A stretch of 20,000 nucleotides of DNA. It comes from an uncultured virus (IMG/VR IMGVR_UViG_3300025804_000224) (lineage: Duplodnaviria; Heunggongvirae; Uroviricota; Caudoviricetes). The notes under the pieces were generated by a model. That model was not told the origin of the DNA. It did not search any database and saw only the letters and a list, made by a program, of their open reading frames with translations. This document shows positions 10,037 to 17,834 of this stretch, piece by piece. The translations under genes and the position numbers were made by a program. The DNA lies in the IMG/VR virus record IMGVR_UViG_3300025804_000224; one strand, given 5' to 3'. How positions within the stretch are numbered: the first letter of the stretch is position 1; each line of letters begins with the position of its first letter.

Positions 10037-10470
10037 ATGTCAGTTGATTTCTCAAAGGTCACCTCAGTGAAAGTTGGGGGGTCGACATTAATAAGATTGT
10101 AGATAACTCTAATAAGGTACTATGGATACATGGGAAGTTAATTAAGTTATATATTATTGACTATACGTCTGATTTAGATTACTCTGGACCTGAACGTAAA
10201 ATAAGGATTAAAGTAGATAATACAACATATATAGCTAGTGGATCTGGTATTTCATATAGTGGAAGTCCCCAAATTACAGCTGAAAATGTATTAATGTATC
10301 CAGGAGTTCATACAGTAGAAATTATATCAACATGGGATAGTAGTTATGGAGGTGAAAATTCAGGTAATACTACCTATGTTAAATTTGATCCTAGCCACAA
10401 GACCAAATTTACTTATACTGAATCTACTAATGATTACTTCTTTGTGAATATATATCGAGTAAATAACTAA
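10037..10470 (+). pseudogene. Frameshifted (putative phase-OFF) small fibre-associated protein, paralogue of 10514 and 11042; 144 aa if one G is added to the G6 run at 10076-10081
   Basis: ATG 10037 reads MSVDFSKVTSVKVGG-STLIRL* (TAG 10100-10102). The -1 frame from 10081 reads VDINKIVDNSNKVLWIHG...VNIYRVNN* and is open to TAA 10468-10470. Joined, the sequence aligns with MDFSKVTSIKVGGVNITKITDKSGKVLW of 11042. Confidence 0.9.
10076..10081 (+). repeat. G6 homopolymer tract (out-of-frame state)
   Basis: aaagtt-GGGGGG-tcgacat. Confidence 0.9.
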
Positions 10471-10489
10471 TCTTATTAATACATAATCT

Positions 10490-10514
10490 TAACTTAGTTA
10501 ATATAACTAAGTTA
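10490..10514 (+). promoter_or_regulatory. Inverted repeat overlapping the translation start of 10514
   Basis: TAACTTAGTTA (10490-10500) ATA TAACTAAGTTA (10504-10514); the final A is the A of ATG. AT-rich, so weak stability. Confidence 0.4.
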
Positions 10515-11008
10515 TGGATATATCAACTAGTAAAATAACCTCAATTAAAATAAATGGATCTGAGATAAATAAGATAGTAGACAGTAAGGGTAATGTATTA
10601 TATTATAATCCTCCATTCAATCCAGGAGATTATGACTGTGCGATTAGAATAACCGATCCAAGTTATAATAGTATACATTTAAGTATATTGATTAGTCTGT
10701 CTAAGAATGGAAAATCTACAATTGCATCTAACTGGACAGCAGTAATAACACCTGATGGATCCCTTACAAGTTCATATGAACCTTTAGGTATGCCAATAGA
10801 TGACTTTATTGAAATTGGATATTTTTCAGCTAACTATATAGGAGTAAATCAAAATTGGCACAAAAGGTCTAATGATCAGGGATCAATAAGATTTGATGGT
10901 TTTAGTTACTCTACTTGCGAGGTGTATTATGATGATAGGAGATACAATTTATCTAAATCTAAAGAATATATGTTCGATCAGTCAGTATCTAAAGCTATCT
11001 ATAAATAA
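10514..11008 (+). CDS. Small fibre-associated protein (putative tip adhesin), conserved N-terminus and variable C-terminus, no poly-G tract
   Basis: N-terminus SKITSIKINGSEINKIVDSKGNVLY is homologous to both neighbours. The remainder is unrelated to them and aromatic-rich. Confidence 0.75.
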   Translation: MDISTSKITSIKINGSEINKIVDSKGNVLYYNPPFNPGDYDCAIRITDPSYNSIHLSILISLSKNGKSTIASNWTAVITPDGSLTSSYEPLGMPIDDFIEIGYFSANYIGVNQNWHKRSNDQGSIRFDGFSYSTCEVYYDDRRYNLSKSKEYMFDQSVSKAIYK

Positions 11009-11041
11009 GTACATAAATATAACATTAAACTAAGTAAATAT

Positions 11042-11509
11042 ATGGATTTTAGTAAAGTCACTTCGATAAAAGTTGGGGGGGTCAACATAACTAAGATTAC
11101 TGATAAGTCAGGTAAAGTACTATGGCAACCTGGAACAATTGTATACTATACGTATTATAATCCAGATCCAAAATATGTAACTTATCTTCATGATATAAAT
11201 GTAACTCCATGGAATATACTTAAAGTATATGGAACTTGTGATCATGTTAATTATACTACTAATGTTGATCAAGATAATATTAGACATCAGGCCATTGAAA
11301 TAATAGCTAAGTCAAGATTAGAGGATCCATGGTTATATGATAAACCAATAGGATATACTAATAATAGTGTAGTATTACTAAATGCATATATACTTAATGT
11401 AGAGACTAATGAGAAGGTATTTACAACTCCATATATCGCAGGTTTACCTATTATAGATCATAAGAAGGTAATGAAATATAAAGATGGGACTGAAGTAGAA
11501 ATTAAATAA
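11042..11509 (+). CDS. Small fibre-associated protein (putative tip adhesin), in frame (putative phase-ON) through a G7 tract
   Basis: MDFSKVTSIKVGGVNITKITDKSGKVLW, with GTT GGG GGG GTC at 11072-11083. Confidence 0.8.
   Translation: MDFSKVTSIKVGGVNITKITDKSGKVLWQPGTIVYYTYYNPDPKYVTYLHDINVTPWNILKVYGTCDHVNYTTNVDQDNIRHQAIEIIAKSRLEDPWLYDKPIGYTNNSVVLLNAYILNVETNEKVFTTPYIAGLPIIDHKKVMKYKDGTEVEIK
11075..11081 (+). repeat. G7 homopolymer tract (in-frame state)
   Basis: aaagtt-GGGGGGG-tcaacat. Confidence 0.9.
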
Positions 11510-11544
11510 TTATAATTAATACATATTAATTTAATTTTAATAAA

Positions 11545-13227
11545 ATGGCTAACAAATCAATCAGTGAACTTAAGTCACTAATGCTGACTAAGTCACAAAG
11601 TAAGAAGAGGAGTAGTATTTCTCCTAGTGATGTATTTAGTACAATGAAGGAGGCATTTGACCTCTTTAGTACTACTGAGGAGATGAATACTGCTATCAAT
11701 AAGGCTAAGAGTGACCTCACTACTAACCTTACCATTAAGCAAGCTACATCATCTGACCTAGGTGGTATCAAGATTGGATATACTAATACTGATACTCACT
11801 ATCAGCCAGTCGTACTTGATAATACAGGTAAGGCTTACGTATATGTAGTCAGTACACTCGAATTAGGTACTACTGCAGGTACAGCCTATGATGGTAAGTC
11901 AGGTGCTGACCTAGCTAATCAGGTTAGTAACCACATTGCTAATAAGTCTAACCCTCATGGAGTTACTAAAGCTCAAGTAGGACTCGATAACGTAGATAAC
12001 GTTAAACAGATCCCAGCTACTCAGAAAGGAGCTAAGAATGGTGTAGCTAGTCTTGATACAGATGGTATTGTACCTCTGAGTCAGTTACCTGCAGCTATGC
12101 CAGCTAGTGATGTATCAGCCTGGGCTAAGGCATCTACTAAACCAACTTATACTAAAGCTGAGGTAGGTCTAGGTAACGTAGATAACGTTAAACAGATACC
12201 TTATACTGAGAAAGGTGCAGCTGGAGGTGTAGCTTCCCTAGGTTCTGATGGTAAGGTACCTGCATCTCAGTTACCTTCCTACGTAGATGACGTAGAAGAG
12301 TTTGATAACTTAGCTTCATTCCCTGAGTCAGGTGAAGAAGGTAAGATCTATACAGCTAAAGATACCAATAAGATCTATAGATGGAGTGGTACTACATATA
12401 TAGTAATCTCTGATACTATAGCTCTAGGTGAGACTTCATCCACTGCATATGCAGGTGATAAAGGTAAGGCATTAGCAACTCAATTAGCATCCCATGTAGC
12501 TAATACTAGTAACCCTCACGGAGTAACTAAGGCTCAAGTTGGACTTGATAAGGTAGTTAACCTTGACCAGAGTAAGGCTATTAAGTCAATCAGTCGTAGT
12601 GACCTTGAGTTTACAGTTACTCACCTTGATGGTACTACTGATACATTCACTCAGAAGGATACAACTTATGCTGTAGCTACATCTACTACTGATGGTCTAA
12701 TGAGTAAGGCTGACCGTGCTAAGTTAGATGGTATCGAAGCTGGAGCTCAGGTTAATCCTAAGTCCCTACCTGCATCTGATGTCTATGATTGGGCTAAGGC
12801 TAAGACTAAGCCTACTTATACTAAGGCTGAAGTAGGTCTAGGTAATGTAGATAATACTGCAGATAAGGATAAGTCAGTTAAGCATGCTACATCAGCTGAC
12901 TCAGTTGCATGGACTGGAGTTACTGGTAAGCCTGATCTATTTACCTTTGTTACTAAGAAGGTAGGTAATACTCAGTTCACTAAGTGCTTACTCACTGATG
13001 CTGAGATGACTGCAATTTCTGCACTTGATGGAGCTCCTACTCAGGTAACTAATCTGATGTCTACATCTAATTGCTCAGCTGAACAGATTACAGCTGGATT
13101 CCTGAGTGAATGGAATAGTCTATACACTGAGGAAGATCCTATTCCACTAGCTCAGCCTAAGTGGATGTTCCCATCTGATGATGGTAACTCTCTCAACATA
13201 GCCACTATCGGAGGTATATTCGCATAA
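11545..13227 (+). CDS. Tail fibre protein (560 aa), paralogue of the N-terminal part of 5890..9948
   Basis: Shared N-terminal module, LGGIKIGYT, NPHGVTKAQVGL x2, GVASLxxDGxVPxSQLP x2, SYVDDVEEF...IYRWSG, SDVxxWAKAxTKPTYTKAEVGLGNVDN x2 and GLMSKADRAKLDGI. Confidence 0.88.
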   Translation: MANKSISELKSLMLTKSQSKKRSSISPSDVFSTMKEAFDLFSTTEEMNTAINKAKSDLTTNLTIKQATSSDLGGIKIGYTNTDTHYQPVVLDNTGKAYVYVVSTLELGTTAGTAYDGKSGADLANQVSNHIANKSNPHGVTKAQVGLDNVDNVKQIPATQKGAKNGVASLDTDGIVPLSQLPAAMPASDVSAWAKASTKPTYTKAEVGLGNVDNVKQIPYTEKGAAGGVASLGSDGKVPASQLPSYVDDVEEFDNLASFPESGEEGKIYTAKDTNKIYRWSGTTYIVISDTIALGETSSTAYAGDKGKALATQLASHVANTSNPHGVTKAQVGLDKVVNLDQSKAIKSISRSDLEFTVTHLDGTTDTFTQKDTTYAVATSTTDGLMSKADRAKLDGIEAGAQVNPKSLPASDVYDWAKAKTKPTYTKAEVGLGNVDNTADKDKSVKHATSADSVAWTGVTGKPDLFTFVTKKVGNTQFTKCLLTDAEMTAISALDGAPTQVTNLMSTSNCSAEQITAGFLSEWNSLYTEEDPIPLAQPKWMFPSDDGNSLNIATIGGIFA

Positions 13228-13235
13228 TAACTATC

Positions 13236-13275
13236 ACTTACCTTAGTTGAAATATACTAAGGTAAGTTTAATTTA
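13236..13275 (+). terminator. Rho-independent terminator-like hairpin
   Basis: ACTTACCTTAGT (13236-13247), loop TGAAATAT, ACTAAGGTAAGT (13256-13267), then T/A-rich sequence; starts just after the stop at 13227. Confidence 0.7.
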
Positions 13276-13286
13276 ATTTATTAATT

Positions 13287-15107
13287 ATGAGTGAAATATC
13301 TAAAGTATTAAGTTACTCTAATCAGTCTAAGACTAGGGACTTTAAGAAGATTAAGCAAGCTATCCTACTCTTAGATGAAATTTTAGGTAATGAAACTAGC
13401 TCAAAATCTGACTTAAGTGAACTCAGGGATGAATTAACTAAGTTAGTTACTGATGAATGTGGTAGAGCTAAGGCATCTGAGAAGTTAAATAAAGATGCCA
13501 TTGATATACTTAATGGTGACTCCAGTATTGATGGATCAGTGAGGAAATATATCTCTGACCTTATTGGAGGTGCACCTGAGGCATATGATACACTCAAGGA
13601 GATAGCTGACTATATCAATAATGATGAGACCGTTGATGCAGCTCTAACTAAGTCATTAAGTGATAATAAGATTAAGATCGATAAAGTCAGCTCTGATCTT
13701 GATTCAACTAAGACTGAGCTTACTGAACTTATTAACTCGAGTAAGACTGAGGCATTAAATGCTAGTAAGGCTAATACTGACTCAATAAATAAGATTAACA
13801 ATGACCTTACTACATTTGCTAAGACTACTGACTTAGCTGACTATGCAACTCACGAAGACCTCTCGGCTATTAAAGTTCCTGATGTATCTAACTTAGTCAG
13901 TAATGATTCACTCACAACTACATTAGCTTTATATGCTAAGAAATCTGAGTTACCTGCAGTACCTGACCTCACTCCCTATGTGACTAAGGAGAATCTTACT
14001 ACAGAATTAGATAGTTACGCTAAGAAGACTGAAATAACTACTCCTGATCTTACTCCATATGTAACTAAGGAGAATCTAACTACTGAGTTAGGTGAGTATG
14101 CTAAGAAGACTGAGTTACCTACAGTCCCAGACCTTACTACTTATGTTACTAAGGATAGTCTTACTACCGAATTAGGTAATTACTCTAAGAAGACTGACCT
14201 TACTCAATACGTCACTAGTGATTCACTCACCTCTACCTTAGCTACATATGCTAAGAAGTCAGATATAGTAACTCCTGACCTTACTCCATATGTAACTAAG
14301 GATAATCTTACTACTGAATTAGGTAATTATGCTAAGAAGACTGAGGTAACTACTCCTGACCTTACATCTTACGTAACTAAGGATAATCTTACCACTGAAC
14401 TATCTACATATGCTAAGAAATCTGAGCTACCTACAGTTCCTGACCTTACCTCCTATGTAACCAGTGACTCATTAACATTGACTTTAGCTACATATGCTAA
14501 GAAGACTGATATCCCTAAGGATGAGATATACATAATCTCATATAATCCGTTAGCTGGTAATATAGTAAGTGGGTCATATACAGAAGCTGAGGAAGCTATT
14601 AAAGCTGGTAAAGTAGTATTGCTTAAATTAGTCGATAATGGAGATGAGGTAACTACTAATAATGTATTACTAGCTAGTGTAGATGGAGATTCCTTATGTT
14701 TCTATGGAGTCACTGACTCTAAATCTAACACTAAGCAGTTAACTATAAATAAGATTACCTTAAGTAAAGATGGTAATATAGATGATGAATCAATAACATT
14801 TGGGTCAAGTGAAGAAACTAACTTACAGGTAAATGTAAGTGGTGCTGAATGCACTGTAGATTTCAGCAATATCGATACCAATAAACTATATGCAGTAATA
14901 GATAACAGTAAAAATAGTACTGACATTACTACGATTAACTTCACCAAACAGGATAGTGACGGTAATGAAGTAAGTGTAAGTCCAGTAACTATTAAGTGGA
15001 GTGATGCTAAGCTCACTACAGTTAAAGCTAATACTACTACAATAGTTAAGTTCGATGTAATAGATAATGTTATATACTGTACTGACATTAAGTCATATAC
15101 AGCTTAG
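13287..15107 (+). CDS. Fibrous virion protein (606 aa) with coiled-coil N-terminus, APEAYDTLKEIAD motif and 8 tandem repeats
   Basis: LIGGAPEAYDTLKEIADYI resembles the APEALDTLKEL motif common in phage fibre proteins. Repeats of PDLTxYVTKxxLTTELxxYAKK, then a beta-rich C-terminal domain. Confidence 0.75.
   Translation: MSEISKVLSYSNQSKTRDFKKIKQAILLLDEILGNETSSKSDLSELRDELTKLVTDECGRAKASEKLNKDAIDILNGDSSIDGSVRKYISDLIGGAPEAYDTLKEIADYINNDETVDAALTKSLSDNKIKIDKVSSDLDSTKTELTELINSSKTEALNASKANTDSINKINNDLTTFAKTTDLADYATHEDLSAIKVPDVSNLVSNDSLTTTLALYAKKSELPAVPDLTPYVTKENLTTELDSYAKKTEITTPDLTPYVTKENLTTELGEYAKKTELPTVPDLTTYVTKDSLTTELGNYSKKTDLTQYVTSDSLTSTLATYAKKSDIVTPDLTPYVTKDNLTTELGNYAKKTEVTTPDLTSYVTKDNLTTELSTYAKKSELPTVPDLTSYVTSDSLTLTLATYAKKTDIPKDEIYIISYNPLAGNIVSGSYTEAEEAIKAGKVVLLKLVDNGDEVTTNNVLLASVDGDSLCFYGVTDSKSNTKQLTINKITLSKDGNIDDESITFGSSEETNLQVNVSGAECTVDFSNIDTNKLYAVIDNSKNSTDITTINFTKQDSDGNEVSVSPVTIKWSDAKLTTVKANTTTIVKFDVIDNVIYCTDIKSYTA
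13878..14513 (+). repeat. Eight imperfect coding tandem repeats (mostly 27-28 aa, one 22 aa)
   Basis: Eight Y(A/S)KK-containing units. cctgaccttact...tatgtaactaagga...actactga...tatgctaagaag recurs at the DNA level. Confidence 0.9.
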
Positions 15108-15125
15108 TTAACTTAAAATGAAATA

Positions 15126-15157
15126 AGCTCCCTAGAGTAATTATACTCTAGGGAGCT
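15126..15157. terminator. Probable bidirectional terminator between convergent operons
   Basis: AGCTCCCTAGAGTA (15126-15139), loop ATTA, TACTCTAGGGAGCT (15144-15157): a perfect 14-bp stem between stops at 15107 (+) and 15183 (-). Confidence 0.85.
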
Positions 15158-15182
15158 ATTGTCATCTAAATCTGAGTATACC

Positions 15183-15473
15183 TTACTCAGCTATAGTTGA
15201 GAGATACTTAATCATTGAATCCACTAATTTAAACTTAGTATAACCTCTTACTGAATTAACTAACTCATTAGATATTCCATTAAATTCACCTAAGGAATCA
15301 ATGAACTTATCTATCTTAATATCTAACTGATTACTAATTACATTAGGGTCATATCCTCTGACCTTATCATAATTATCTTCAAGGAACTTATTAACCTTAA
15401 TAGTTAACTCACTCCAATCAGAAGTCATAGATTTAACTTTATTCTTACTCTCGACTTCAAATCTCTTAGCCAT
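15183..15473 (-). CDS. Hypothetical protein (96 aa; alternative start at 15428 gives 81 aa)
   Basis: Last ORF of the minus-strand operon. ATG 15473 has the typical AT-rich context; ATG 15428 forms an ATGA overlap with the upstream stop. Confidence 0.65.
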   Translation of the reverse strand: MAKRFEVESKNKVKSMTSDWSELTIKVNKFLEDNYDKVRGYDPNVISNQLDIKIDKFIDSLGEFNGISNELVNSVRGYTKFKLVDSMIKYLSTIAE

Positions 15474-15895
15474 ATAATTAATTTATTATATCTTACCTTA
15501 AACTTAAATGACTGAATAAAGTGAGCTCCAGGTACAGGTGAGATAGGATACCTAGAATATACACTAAATCCAAATATCTCAGGACATGGTATAGAATTAG
15601 TTAAGTAATCAGGCACTCTCCCATCCCTATCACATATATAAGATAGGTCATTGTAGAGTTTAATAAGATCCTTCTTACTGACTCTACCTGACCTAAATCC
15701 ATTAGGAACTACTATTACCTCATTTAGAAAATCAGGTAACATAGTCCATATACCATCTTGAGTAAATTCAAGACTACCTATATTATTCTCATCTTTATTA
15801 ACTCTGATTAATAAGTCATTCTTAGTCAAATCAGAGTTAATAAAGTTGTATAGCTCAATAATATAAGCTAGACCTGACCTATTTATCTGAGCCAT
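15425..15895 (-). CDS. Hypothetical protein (156 aa)
   Basis: Starts 2 nt after the stop of the decarboxylase gene. No motif recognised. Confidence 0.7.
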   Translation of the reverse strand: MAQINRSGLAYIIELYNFINSDLTKNDLLIRVNKDENNIGSLEFTQDGIWTMLPDFLNEVIVVPNGFRSGRVSKKDLIKLYNDLSYICDRDGRVPDYLTNSIPCPEIFGFSVYSRYPISPVPGAHFIQSFKFKVRYNKLIIWLRDLKSRVRIKLNL

Positions 15896-15897
15896 AC

Positions 15898-16917
15898 CTA
15901 ATATTTAAAATTATATCTAATCCAGTCTACTGTCTTAGCTATTCCATCCCTAAACTCAGTAACTGGAGCCCAACTAAGTCTATCCATAGCTTTAATTGTA
16001 TCGGGTCTACGTCTCTGAGGCTCACCCTCTAATGGAGCTAAGTGAACTATCTCAGATTTAGAACCTAGATAAAACTTGATAGTCTCAGCTAACTCATTAA
16101 TAGTATGCATAGCTGAGTCACTACCATTACCTAGGTTAACTGGAGTATATACATCTGACTCCATTAACTTAATCAATCCATCAACTACGTCATCTACATA
16201 ACAGAAGCATCTGAACTGATTACCATCTCCATATACAGTAATTGGAGCTCCAGTTAATGCCTGATGTACGAATGTAGGAATTACTCTATCATCAGTACAG
16301 TTAGGTCCATATACATTGAATAGACGAGCTATATGACAGAATGGAGTATCTGACTGATGATTAGCTATATAACATAAAGTCTCAGCTCCACGTTTACCTT
16401 CATCATAACATGCCCTAGGTGACTGAGTATTAACATTACCAAAGTAACTCTCTGACTGAGGTATCTCTAATGGGTCTCCATAAATCTCTGAAGTAGAGGT
16501 CTCTAGTAACTTACAGTCATCAGTACCATACTCCTTAGTTACTCGAATCATATTAGTGATTCCAAGAACTGAAGTCATGAATGTGAACTCAGGATTAGCT
16601 GAGTATAGTTTAACTGAAGCTGGCGATGCGAGATTATAGATTCTATTTACTTTAATTATCTCACCTGGATAAGAATCCATAATCTTATTGAATAACTTAT
16701 TCAATTGAGAATTTAACTGACTCCAGTTAGTAATATCACAGTTGATGAATCCTACCTTATTACCTGAAATAAGGTCAGCGATATACTTAGGAGTACCTGT
16801 AGTAATCAAGTTATCGATAACTACTAAAATTAACTTAGGGTCATTCTTGACTAACTTTCTTACTAGATTGGAGCCTACAAATCCAGCTCCACCTGTTACT
16901 AATGTGATTTTAATCAT
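15898..16917 (-). CDS. uxs: UDP-glucuronic acid decarboxylase (UDP-xylose synthase), extended SDR family
   Basis: LVTGGAGFVGS NAD-binding motif, IDNLITTG, IYNLASPAS, TSTSEIYGDP, PQSESYFGNVN, PRACYDEGKRGAETL (YxxxK), ARLFNVYGP, TVYGDGNQFRCFCYVDD, PVNLGN and RRRPD, all characteristic of UXS. Confidence 0.9.
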   Translation of the reverse strand: MIKITLVTGGAGFVGSNLVRKLVKNDPKLILVVIDNLITTGTPKYIADLISGNKVGFINCDITNWSQLNSQLNKLFNKIMDSYPGEIIKVNRIYNLASPASVKLYSANPEFTFMTSVLGITNMIRVTKEYGTDDCKLLETSTSEIYGDPLEIPQSESYFGNVNTQSPRACYDEGKRGAETLCYIANHQSDTPFCHIARLFNVYGPNCTDDRVIPTFVHQALTGAPITVYGDGNQFRCFCYVDDVVDGLIKLMESDVYTPVNLGNGSDSAMHTINELAETIKFYLGSKSEIVHLAPLEGEPQRRRPDTIKAMDRLSWAPVTEFRDGIAKTVDWIRYNFKY

Positions 16918-16927
16918 TTTACTTAGT

Positions 16928-17833
16928 TTATTTATTATTTACTTTAGTTGAGATTAAATGACCATATTGATTATAGTCATAGATATTCTTAGTTACTCTT
17001 AGTTTACCGAACTTAGATATCTTACTGAGGTATACACTATTCTGAGGTAATCTCAGTTTACATACCTCAGGTGAACTTACTCCTAGTTTAGATTTAGCTA
17101 TAAAGTCATTTAATACTACTGAGATATTAAGTGACCTATAGTCAGACCTTACCCATAGATAGTTAGCTATTATAGAAGTTAGTTTAAGTCTTGAGTCAGC
17201 CCAATCTATGAACTCACCATTAATCAATTCTGACTCAAGTAGCTGATGTACTATATAGATATCAAATATGAATAAGAATAATTTTTGAGTTCCATCAATT
17301 AAGTTTTCTATTGGGACCTCTCGGTAAGTTGAGTCATACTTATTCAATGATAGTGAGATACCACTCTCTGAGTTATCATATATCTTGATTGACTCAGCTC
17401 CATATCCAATTAGGTGATCTGAATTATTATACTCACATATAAAGTTAGCTAATAAATCAATATTGACTAGATGGAATCCACTATTGACCTCCATAAGATA
17501 GTTATTAGAGTCATTTGATGCTAAACTTATGAACTCTTTAAATACCTTATAGTACTTATTAGGTACATCTGGATTTAAGTATAACCTGAGTTTAATAAAG
17601 TTATCTTCAATTAACTTAAGGAACTCCAATTTAGATGACTTACTGACCTCTAGGTAATCTCCTATTGTATTATAACTCATACCATTAGGTACATTATCGA
17701 TAAATAAGTACCAGTCACATGAGTTAGTTCCGACTAATTGGGTATAGAGGTTATATATTGAGTCAAGTAACTCAGGATTAATAGTTAACTTCCCATCATT
17801 AACTTTAATACAGGTAAATAGGTGAAGTTTCAT
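16928..17833 (-). CDS. Hypothetical protein, probable degenerate GT-A/GT2-like paralogue lacking DxD
   Basis: Same length and motif order as 17835..18716 (DG near the N-terminus, LDSI, WYLFIDN, YLMEVNSG in place of FYEIDSDD, DHLIGYG). Similarity is weak and judged by eye. Confidence 0.45.
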   Translation of the reverse strand: MKLHLFTCIKVNDGKLTINPELLDSIYNLYTQLVGTNSCDWYLFIDNVPNGMSYNTIGDYLEVSKSSKLEFLKLIEDNFIKLRLYLNPDVPNKYYKVFKEFISLASNDSNNYLMEVNSGFHLVNIDLLANFICEYNNSDHLIGYGAESIKIYDNSESGISLSLNKYDSTYREVPIENLIDGTQKLFLFIFDIYIVHQLLESELINGEFIDWADSRLKLTSIIANYLWVRSDYRSLNISVVLNDFIAKSKLGVSSPEVCKLRLPQNSVYLSKISKFGKLRVTKNIYDYNQYGHLISTKVNNK

Positions 17834-17834
17834 A

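Noticed and set aside
10100..10102. Stop-codon reassignment (TAG readthrough) as the explanation for the broken gene at 10037
   Set aside because: Homology to 11042 continues in the -1 frame, not past the TAG. Long ORFs are intact in code 11, and TAG ends genes at 15107 and 15898.
5890..13227. Diversity-generating retroelement or invertible shufflon as the explanation for the repeats
   Set aside because: No reverse transcriptase or recombinase in the window. The repeats are direct, coding and differ mostly at synonymous sites, not adenine-specifically, and all cassette genes have the same orientation.
13878..14513. CRISPR array
   Set aside because: The repeats are degenerate, in-frame protein-coding units without unique spacers, and no cas genes are present.
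11526..15088. Minus-strand ORFs 11526..11771, 13322..13597, 13610..13801 and 14702..15088
   Set aside because: They lie opposite well-supported fibre genes and have no independent motifs.
16742..16951. Plus-strand 69-aa ORF
   Set aside because: Antisense to the conserved N-terminus of the UDP-glucuronate decarboxylase.
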